A stretch of 64,000 nucleotides of DNA, taken from an uncultured Solirubrobacteraceae bacterium. GTDB lineage: Bacteria > Actinomycetota > Thermoleophilia > Solirubrobacterales > Solirubrobacteraceae. The notes below the pieces were generated by a model. The model was not told the origin of the DNA, ran no database searches, and saw nothing but the letters and a program-made list of their open reading frames with translations. Below, piece by piece: positions 57,161 through 64,000 of this stretch. The position numbers and the translations under genes were made by a program. The stretch lies in assembly GCA_964588985.1 (NCBI GenBank), contig CAZPQW010000011.1, positions 41,069-105,068 of the forward strand, read 5' to 3'. Every line of letters begins with the position of its first letter. The first letter of the stretch is position 1.

Positions 57161-57538
57161 ATGAACGCGACAGCGACGATTGCCCCTGCCGGTCCTCAGT
57201 ACATGCGCGCCCTCGAGCGCGCCAACAAGGTACGTCTCGCCCGTGCCGATCTCAAGCGTCGCGTGGCGGACGGCGAGATCCAGGTGGCGGATGTGATCCT
57301 CGATTGCCCCTGGGAGGCGGAGAGCATGGCCGTCGCGGACCTGTTGATGAGCCAGCATCGATGGGGCCAGACCCGCTGCCGCAAGTTTCTCTCTCAGATA
57401 CCGATGTCGGAGAAGAAGACGATCGGGTCGATGACCGACCGCCAGCGCCAGACGCTCGCCGCGGGGCTCACCTCTGCGGAGCGGGGTCACGCATGGAGCG
57501 TGACCCCCTGGCTAACGGACAGCCTGACGAGAGCTTGA
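57161..57538 (+). CDS. mihF: Actinobacterial integration host factor (mIHF/sIHF, H2TH) homologue
   Basis: ALE.A...R.ARA.LK ... M.V..LL......G........I......G.M.DRQR..L matches the mycobacterial mIHF pattern; GGGGAG SD. Confidence 0.75.
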   Translation: MNATATIAPAGPQYMRALERANKVRLARADLKRRVADGEIQVADVILDCPWEAESMAVADLLMSQHRWGQTRCRKFLSQIPMSEKKTIGSMTDRQRQTLAAGLTSAERGHAWSVTPWLTDSLTRA

Positions 57539-58040
57539 CCTGCCACCAGCCCGCGAGCATGCCGACGAGGCCGAGGCGCGGGCGCACCTCCCATACGCCG
57601 CATCCGCCCTCGCCGAGGTCTTTGACCGGCAGGCGCGTGAACTTGTAGCGACCGGGTTCCAGCTTCATCCGCTCCAGCTGCTCGCGCGCGGCCTGCTCGT
57701 GGGCGGCGCGGGCGGCCGCGAGCGTTCGCAGCTCCTGCAGCTGGCCGGCGAGTCGGTCGCGCGAGCGCTCGAGCTCCCCGAGGTCGAGCAGACGCGGACC
57801 CTGAGAGCTCGCCGGTACGATCGCCGGCGGCGGTACGTGCGGAAACCTGTCCGCCACGATCGAGCTCAGCTCGTGCTCGATCCGCGCGATCTGCGCCTTC
57901 AGCGACCGGCGCGCGGCACGGTCGGCCTCGCGGCTCGACCACTCGACCCCCACCCGCACGGCGTCATCGCGGGTCGCGGCGAGAAGCGTCGATCCATCCC
58001 CCGCTGCGCCCCGATCGATCAGCTGCTGCTCGTGCGACAA
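57468..58040 (-). CDS. Hypothetical coiled-coil protein with CG.W / SSGCP C-terminus
   Basis: GC3-biased ORF; Trp/Cys-rich C-terminal segment. Confidence 0.65.
   Translation of the reverse strand: MSHEQQLIDRGAAGDGSTLLAATRDDAVRVGVEWSSREADRAARRSLKAQIARIEHELSSIVADRFPHVPPPAIVPASSQGPRLLDLGELERSRDRLAGQLQELRTLAAARAAHEQAAREQLERMKLEPGRYKFTRLPVKDLGEGGCGVWEVRPRLGLVGMLAGWWQVKLSSGCPLARGSRSMRDPAPQR
57483..57507. terminator. Perfect 10 bp hairpin in the overlap of two convergent genes
   Basis: GGGGTCACGC-ATGGA-GCGTGACCCC; no U-tract. Confidence 0.5.
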
Positions 58041-58129
58041 ACCCGCCTCCTCCCGGCATTCCCGGATAGACCGGAAACCGAGATTCTACCAGCGCGAGCG
58101 ACGGCGATGGGCGCCTTGACGACGCCCGC

Positions 58130-58798
58130 TCATGGCTGTTCGAGTGACGCGCGGCATGCCCACAGCGCCTCTTCGATGTAGATCGTCGGCACACCCGCCA
58201 CCTGCACGGCGAACAGCGTCAACCGGCGGGTCCGGGCCTTCGGCTCGTGTCCCGCGCCGAGTTCGCCGAACAGCATCGCGACCGCCGCAAACTCGTCGGC
58301 GATCACGAGTCTGCCGGCGGGAAGCGCGAACGCCCGGGGCGAGCGTCCGAGCGACTCTCCGTCGCGGCTGGGGCGGATCCCGAGCTGTCCCCGGACGGAC
58401 CCGGCGTCGAGCGCCCACACCGGGACGCCGGTGTCGAGCAGCGCGATCAGCAGCACGTCGGCGAGCAGCCCGTCGCTGAAGAACGCGCCGCGCAGCATCC
58501 GCTCCAGCACAGCCGCCTCGATCGGAGTGCGCTCGGTGTCGGGGTCGAGGCCGATGTGGCGGAAGAACACGCGGTAGGCGCTCGGCACCGGCTCGCGTCT
58601 GATGCTCACGCCGCGCGCGCCGCGAAAGCGGTTCGAGAGCTCGCGCAGTTGGCCTTGCACGTCGGGGGCCGAGCTGCCCGTGAGCGAGCCCTTGCGCTCG
58701 ACATCAACCTCAACGCTCATCAGCCGCAGCGCCGGCAGCTCCTCCTCGACCTCGAGCGCGCGCCAACCGAGCGTCGGAGGCGCCTGCGCGCCGCTCAT
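58130..58798 (-). CDS. B3/B4 tRNA-binding (PheRS beta-related) domain protein
   Basis: AYRVFFRHIGLDP...R.P.EA motif; ATGA overlap with the upstream gene. Confidence 0.78.
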   Translation of the reverse strand: MSGAQAPPTLGWRALEVEEELPALRLMSVEVDVERKGSLTGSSAPDVQGQLRELSNRFRGARGVSIRREPVPSAYRVFFRHIGLDPDTERTPIEAAVLERMLRGAFFSDGLLADVLLIALLDTGVPVWALDAGSVRGQLGIRPSRDGESLGRSPRAFALPAGRLVIADEFAAVAMLFGELGAGHEPKARTRRLTLFAVQVAGVPTIYIEEALWACRASLEQP

Positions 58799-59472
58799 GC
58801 CGGCCCCCGCCATCCGCGCGCGCGCGCCGCCGTCAGGAGCTCCGCGATCCGGGCGCGCAGGGTGGCGATCGACGGACGCAGCAGCAGCGCCTTGCTCTGC
58901 ACCACGCCGCCGGGGTAGGCGAAGCTGACCTGCGGGCAGCTCGCGACTTTGTAGAGGACCGCGAGCGCGCCGTCCTTGTCGATCCCCACCGGGAACGTCA
59001 GGCCCCGAGAGCGCACCAGGCCGCGCAGCTGACCGCGGTCGCCCTTGATCGCGACCGCCGCGAAGCGCACACCCGGGAAGGAGGGCTCGAGCTTCTGCAT
59101 GTCGTCGAGGATCCCCGGGCAGGAGCCGGAGTCGACGAACAGCGCGAGCACCACAGGCCCTTGTTCGTAGAGCTGGCAGACGTTGAAGATGCGCGCTCCG
59201 CGGACGCTGCAAGCCGGCTTTTCGCCCGCCGATCCGTCTCTTGCGTGGGTGGCGACGTTGGCGTCGCCTTCGAGGTCGCTCAACGCGAGCGGCACCGCAA
59301 ACGGCGCTAGTCGCTGACCGGGTGGGATGCCCGTCGCGCCGTTGGGCTTCGTGAGCGCGGTGTTGATCGTGATCGCCACCAGGATCGCGATGCCGAGGAC
59401 GCCGACGATGCGCCCGCCGCCCGAGCGCCCGCGGCCCCACTTACCGAGCCAGTAGTTTTCAGGCTGGCTCAT
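58795..59472 (-). CDS. Membrane-anchored thioredoxin-fold (TlpA/AhpC-TSA-like) protein
   Basis: TM anchor, G..LAPF, GPVVL, FPVGID.DG.LA..Y...CP; only one Cys at the CxxC position. Confidence 0.65.
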   Translation of the reverse strand: MSQPENYWLGKWGRGRSGGGRIVGVLGIAILVAITINTALTKPNGATGIPPGQRLAPFAVPLALSDLEGDANVATHARDGSAGEKPACSVRGARIFNVCQLYEQGPVVLALFVDSGSCPGILDDMQKLEPSFPGVRFAAVAIKGDRGQLRGLVRSRGLTFPVGIDKDGALAVLYKVASCPQVSFAYPGGVVQSKALLLRPSIATLRARIAELLTAARARGWRGPA

Positions 59473-62161
59473 GGCCCGAGCGGCGGGGGCGAAGCGTTCG
59501 CGGCAGCGACGCACGCCAGGCGCCCAGCGACCTGAGAGGCTGCTCGCGCTCGGCGATCACGATCACCGCGGGCAGCGCGACGAGCACGCCCACGAGCGAG
59601 ACGCTCAGGTCGATCAGCGTCACCACGCCGAAGTCGCGCAGCATCGTGATGTCCGACAGCGCCAGCACGCCGAAGCCGGCGATCGCGGTCACGCCCGACG
59701 CCGCGACCGCGGCTCCGGTGCGCGCGTAGCTGCGGCGCAGCGCCTCGACGGTGTCGTGACCCGCGAGGCGTTCCTGGCGGTGGCGCTCGGAGAGCAGCAC
59801 GCTGAACTCGGTCGAGATCGCGATCACGAGCGCCCCGAGCGTGACCGACATCGGGTTCAGCGGCACTCGCACGGCGAACAGGATCAGAGCGGACCAGCCG
59901 GTGGCGAGCACGATCGGCACGAGCGGCGTGAGCGCCCGACGCCCGTCGCCGCGGAACGCGACGAGCAGCACAAGCGCCACCGCGAGCAGCCCGACGAGCA
60001 GCGTCTCGATGCGCCGCCACGGGTCCGCCACCTGCGAGCCCGACGCGGCCGCCAGCACCGGTAGACCGACGAGTGTGGCGGTCACGCCCGCGGGTGGATG
60101 CAGGCTCGCGCGCATCCATTCGATCAGCTGTTGCTGCTGGTCGAGCGCCATCAGGCGGATGCCGAACGCGAGCGTCGCGACGTGCCGGCCTGGGGCGATC
60201 ACGTCCTGGGCGAAGTACGGCGGGATCACGTCCAGCAGCCCGCTCACCTGAGCCTGGGTGAGCTTGTGCGTGGCGGTGGAGCTCGCCTGCCCGGCGAACA
60301 GGTCCGGCAGCGAAAACGCCGGGCACAGTCGCGCCTTGCCGCAGCCGTGAGAGGCGGTGTAGCCGAAGCGGCGCAGCACAGCGCTCTGGTAGGAGCTCAT
60401 CCATTCGATCGTGGCGGGCGTGGTGAGGCTCTTCCCGGAGATCATCACGTCGATTTCCCCGCCCACGCCGGTGGTCCGCTCGAGCGTGCCGAGCGCCTGC
60501 AGGGAGCTGAGGCTCTGGGGGACGAGCTTGGTGATGTCGGTCTCGACCCTCGTCTGGGTGTCCAGCCCCCAGCCGAGCGCGGCGAGCGCCAGCCCCACGC
60601 ACAGCACGCGCTCCGGGCGGCGCACCGATCCGACGAGCGCCGCTCCGGTGAGCGCTCGCGTGAGCACGTTCTCGCGCAGCAGCTCACGCGCGCCTCGCCA
60701 AGCAGCCGTCAGCTGGGCGGCGCCCGGCAGCTGGAGCGGACGCGCGCTTCCCTCGCCGAGCCCGCCGAGCGACATCGCCGCGGAGCCGGCGGTGAGCGCG
60801 CACAGCAGCGCGATCGCGACCCCCACCACGAGCAGCACGCCGAAGCCGCGCACCATCGGCACGGGCGAGAGCAGCAGCACGAGCATCGCCGCCGCGCTCG
60901 CCGCGCCGGCGGTCGCGATCGTGGGGGCGCCCACCGCGGCGGCCTGCGCGAGGATCCGCCGCCGCGTCTCGCCGTCGCCGGTCGCAGCCTGCCCCTGCTC
61001 TTCTTCGGCGATCTCCCCCACGCGCGACTGGAACTGGATCGCGTAGTCGACCGCCAGACCCACGAGCACCGGCAGCACCGCGATCGAGGCCATCGTCAGC
61101 GAGGCGCCCAGCGCGGAGAGCGCTCCGAACGTGAGCGCCGCGGCGAGCAACGCGAGCGCGAGCGGCAGCAGTCGCGGACGGCCGAGAAAGATCAACCCGA
61201 GCGTTCCCGCCATCACCAGCAGCACCGCGATCAGCAGCAGCTCGATCGAGTGCGTGATCGAGCTCGTGAGGTCCGAGACGATCACCGGCTCGCCGGTCAC
61301 CAGGTAGGACTCGCCGTGCTGCAGGCGCCACTGGCTCATGCCGACCGCCTGGCGGATCAGCCCGATCGTCTCGATCCTCGCCTTTTCCGAGAGCCCGGCT
61401 CGCATCCGCACCGACACGAGCGCGGTGTCGCGGCTGGGGAACAGGTAGGCGAAGCGCTGCTTCGGCGTGCCCGCGGGCTTGGTCGAGTCGAACACGAGCG
61501 AGGAGACGAAGCTGGCGTCTTCGATCGACGGCTTCGACGTGAGCCCGTGTTCGAGCGCCTCTTCGATCAGCCGCGTCTTGAATTCGGCGATCGTCAATTT
61601 GCTCGCCTGCTGGCCGAGCGTGTGCGCGTACGCCGCCGAGTGGCCGCGTGCGAGCGCCGCGCTCTCGATGGTCCGTTCGGCGCGCTTGGCCTGGGCTTCG
61701 GCCTGCTTAGTCTCCGCGGTCAGGCCTTCGTCGATCCGGCTCGCCGACTCTGTGATGAACGTGCCCGGGCCGAACACCACCTTCACCGTTTTCGCGCGCG
61801 CCAGTTGCCCGCACGGCCCGTTGATTCCCCCCTCGGCGGCCAACGCCTTGGTGGGCACGTTGCCCGACAGGCAGCCCTCGAGCCCGGTGAGCCGCTCGAT
61901 GTCGGAGCTGAGCACGAGCTGCTGCAGGCTGCCCTTCACGAGCACCGCGATCGGCTCTTCGCCGAAGTTGCGGTAGAAGCTCTGCGTCGCGCGGTAGTCG
62001 CCGCTCGAGCTCGACACGAACGTGCTCATCGCCGCCGTCGGGCGCAGCCGCAGCGCGAGCCCCGCACCCGCCACACCGAGCACACCCGCGACCGCGAGCA
62101 CCAGCCGCGCCCGCCGTGCAGCGCCGCCGGCGAGGGCGGAGAGAATCCGGGAGGAAGTCAC
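59459..62161 (-). CDS. MMPL/RND-family transporter
   Basis: Two TM bundles (GLAVDYAIQF; AISTEFSVLL) with large extracytoplasmic loops. Confidence 0.85.
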   Translation of the reverse strand: MTSSRILSALAGGAARRARLVLAVAGVLGVAGAGLALRLRPTAAMSTFVSSSSGDYRATQSFYRNFGEEPIAVLVKGSLQQLVLSSDIERLTGLEGCLSGNVPTKALAAEGGINGPCGQLARAKTVKVVFGPGTFITESASRIDEGLTAETKQAEAQAKRAERTIESAALARGHSAAYAHTLGQQASKLTIAEFKTRLIEEALEHGLTSKPSIEDASFVSSLVFDSTKPAGTPKQRFAYLFPSRDTALVSVRMRAGLSEKARIETIGLIRQAVGMSQWRLQHGESYLVTGEPVIVSDLTSSITHSIELLLIAVLLVMAGTLGLIFLGRPRLLPLALALLAAALTFGALSALGASLTMASIAVLPVLVGLAVDYAIQFQSRVGEIAEEEQGQAATGDGETRRRILAQAAAVGAPTIATAGAASAAAMLVLLLSPVPMVRGFGVLLVVGVAIALLCALTAGSAAMSLGGLGEGSARPLQLPGAAQLTAAWRGARELLRENVLTRALTGAALVGSVRRPERVLCVGLALAALGWGLDTQTRVETDITKLVPQSLSSLQALGTLERTTGVGGEIDVMISGKSLTTPATIEWMSSYQSAVLRRFGYTASHGCGKARLCPAFSLPDLFAGQASSTATHKLTQAQVSGLLDVIPPYFAQDVIAPGRHVATLAFGIRLMALDQQQQLIEWMRASLHPPAGVTATLVGLPVLAAASGSQVADPWRRIETLLVGLLAVALVLLVAFRGDGRRALTPLVPIVLATGWSALILFAVRVPLNPMSVTLGALVIAISTEFSVLLSERHRQERLAGHDTVEALRRSYARTGAAVAASGVTAIAGFGVLALSDITMLRDFGVVTLIDLSVSLVGVLVALPAVIVIAEREQPLRSLGAWRASLPRTLRPRRSGHEPA

Positions 62162-62196
62162 GGGCGAAGGCTAACCCTCGTCCGCGGTCCGCAACG

Positions 62197-62298
62197 CAGG
62201 CGGCCGAATCGTTGTTCCTGGCAAGGACGCAGGGAGCGTGGCGTGCATCGCACGCGAGCGACCGAGGACGCAGCCAGGGGCAAGGAGGCGGTTGCCTG
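62197..62298 (+). repeat. ~100 nt rod-like palindromic intergenic element (REP/MITE-like or structured RNA)
   Basis: Nested stems 62197-62206/62289-62298, 62212-62222/62273-62283 and GCGTGC-ATC-GCACGC at 62241-62255. Confidence 0.6.
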
Positions 62299-62300
62299 GC

Positions 62301-63125
62301 TCACTCCATGCCGAGGGGGCCGGCTGATTCACCGGAGAGGAACTGGCGCACGAACGGGTTTTCGGAGGCGAAGAGGTCCTCCGCGGGGCCCGATTCGACG
62401 ATCCGGCCCTTCCACAGCACGGAGATGTGCTCGGCCACGCGGCGCGCGCTCATGATGTCGTGGGTGATCACCACGTAACAGCCGCCATTCTCCGCGTGGA
62501 CTTCCTTGATCAGCTCGCACAGCAGCGCGGTGCGCACGGGGTCGAGACCCGAGTCGGGCTCGTCGAAGAGCACGATGTCCGGTTCGAGGACCAGGGCGCG
62601 CGCGAATCCGGCGCGCTTGCGCATGCCGCCGGAGAGCTCGTTGGGCATCTTCTCGTTGGCGTTGCCCAGGCCGACCTCCCCCAGGCGGCTGTTGACGATG
62701 TCCGCGATCTCCTCCTCGCCCTTCTCGGTGTGCTGGCGCAGCGGGAAGGCGACGTTGTCGTAGAGGTTCATCGACCCGAACAGCGCGCCGTCCTGGAAGA
62801 GCACTCCGAACTTCTTGCGCAGCTCGAACAGCTCCGCGTCGGGCAGGCTCGGGATCGACTGCCCATGCACGATCACGTCGCCCTCGTCTGGGTAGAGCAG
62901 GCCGACGATGTGCTTGATGCACACCGACTTGCCGGTGCCCGATGGTCCCAGGATCATCGAGATCCGGTCCTCGGGCAGCGACATGTTCAGGCCGCGCAGC
63001 ACGTGGTTGCGCCCGAAGGACTTGTGCACGTCCACGAACTCGATCGCGTCCGGCGCGCTCGACGGGCGGATGTTGCCGCTGTGGTACTGGAACTCCTCGC
63101 CCTCGGCTGAGTGCTCGTCGGTCAC
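62301..63125 (-). CDS. Mkl/MlaF-type ABC ATPase of an Mce system
   Basis: GPSGTGKS, LFQDGALFGS, LSGGMRKR and DEPDSGLDP motifs; GTG 63125. Confidence 0.92.
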   Translation of the reverse strand: MTDEHSAEGEEFQYHSGNIRPSSAPDAIEFVDVHKSFGRNHVLRGLNMSLPEDRISMILGPSGTGKSVCIKHIVGLLYPDEGDVIVHGQSIPSLPDAELFELRKKFGVLFQDGALFGSMNLYDNVAFPLRQHTEKGEEEIADIVNSRLGEVGLGNANEKMPNELSGGMRKRAGFARALVLEPDIVLFDEPDSGLDPVRTALLCELIKEVHAENGGCYVVITHDIMSARRVAEHISVLWKGRIVESGPAEDLFASENPFVRQFLSGESAGPLGME

Positions 63126-63129
63126 CTGT

Positions 63130-63927
63130 CTACCCCCCGATCGGGGCCCGGGGATTGGCGCCCCAGAAGATCTGCGTGCCGAGCATGCCGATGACGTGCA
63201 CGAGCACGAGGTTGAGCACCATGGACTTGGCCGTGGCGGTGCCCACGCCCACGGGCCCACCGCTGGCGTTGTAGCCGTAGTAGCAGCCCACCAGCACGAT
63301 CGCGGTGGCCATGAACATCGCCTTGATCAGGCTGAAGATGAAGTCCGGTGGATTCTGGAATTGCCAGAAGATCAGGAAGTATCCGCCGGAGGAGACCGCC
63401 CCCACCTGCTGCACGACCGCGATGTAGGAGGCGAGGAAGCCCGCGCCGATCGCCGCGAGGTACATGAACGGCAGCACCAGCCAGGCGGCGAGCAGACGCG
63501 TGGCGCAGAGGAACGTGACGGAGTTGATCCCCATCACCTCGAGCGCGTCGATCTCGTCGGAGATGCGCATCGCGCCGAGCTCCGCGACGATCCCGGTGCC
63601 GACCTTCGCGGCCATCATGTAGCCGAACGCGTAGGGCACGAGCTCGCGCAGGTCGCACCATGCGGTGAACACGCCCGCGTAGGCGGGGGCGCCCTGAGCC
63701 TCGGTGAAGTACGCGCCCTCGATCCCGCACTCCAGGCCGATGATGAACACGAGCGCCCAGATGATCAGCGTCGAGGAGATGATCAGGATCCCCGACTGGC
63801 GCAGCGCCTCGCCGAAGAAGCGGAACACGCGAAGACCCCACACGTCGCGGACGATGTTGCCCGTGAAGCGGCCGATCTCGCCGGTCGCGGCGAGCCATTC
63901 GCGGGGGAGCGCGAAGATCTCGCCCAT
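63130..63927 (-). CDS. YrbE/MlaE-family permease
   Basis: AELGAMRISDEIDALEVMG and GYNASGGPVGVG motifs. Confidence 0.92.
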   Translation of the reverse strand: MGEIFALPREWLAATGEIGRFTGNIVRDVWGLRVFRFFGEALRQSGILIISSTLIIWALVFIIGLECGIEGAYFTEAQGAPAYAGVFTAWCDLRELVPYAFGYMMAAKVGTGIVAELGAMRISDEIDALEVMGINSVTFLCATRLLAAWLVLPFMYLAAIGAGFLASYIAVVQQVGAVSSGGYFLIFWQFQNPPDFIFSLIKAMFMATAIVLVGCYYGYNASGGPVGVGTATAKSMVLNLVLVHVIGMLGTQIFWGANPRAPIGG

Positions 63928-64000
63928 TACTTGATCACCAGGATCTGCGGGTGGGTGGCGAGCAGCGTCTGGGTGAAGACGTAGTCGAAGGAGAAGATCG
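63927..64000 (-). CDS. 3' end of upstream gene, probably the second YrbE permease (partial)
   Basis: ...FSFDYVFTQTLLATHPQILVIK* with TAATG overlap onto the next start. Confidence 0.6.
   Translation of the reverse strand, partial: IFSFDYVFTQTLLATHPQILVIK

Noticed and set aside
57483-57521. SECIS-like spacing of a hairpin after the SSGCP codon
   Set aside because: The codon is TGT (Cys), not TGA, and the minus-strand loop (TCCAT) lacks the usual G; not called as a selenoprotein.

Overview
A 64 kb window of very GC-rich chromosomal DNA from an actinomycete. The actinobacterial-type IHF, Mce/YrbE-Mkl genes, MMPL exporters and many apparently leaderless starts point to this phylum; Thermoleophilia/Solirubrobacterales is my inference. 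I see no rRNA, tRNA, CRISPR array or transposase. The housekeeping backbone is tilS-hpt-ftsH-folP-folB, beta-oxidation genes, MoxR/VWA, a TPP-riboswitch-controlled ThiXYZ-like transporter, pfk and alkA. Four things stand out. (1) Two diverged, oppositely oriented copies of one cassette (13.1-20.1 kb and 38.2-44.6 kb): PadR regulator, degenerate ABC ATPase, intact ABC ATPase, large FtsX/MacB-type permease and DUF2600 (YtpB-like) terpene cyclase, each with an IclR protein reduced to its HTH. Copy 1 also has a secreted dirigent/allene-oxide-cyclase-like beta-barrel protein. This is the best candidate for an undescribed system. (2) An ApbE flavinylation cluster with a NuoF-like flavoprotein, a ferredoxin, two membrane cytochrome-like proteins and a membrane-anchored repeat tether ending in SGGS. 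(3) A head-to-head serine palmitoyltransferase-like / bacterial ceramide synthase-like gene pair near lipid transporters. (4) Structured non-coding elements: a ~100 nt rod-like hairpin, an mIHF leader and several operators. All product calls come from motif recognition by eye; no database searches were run.
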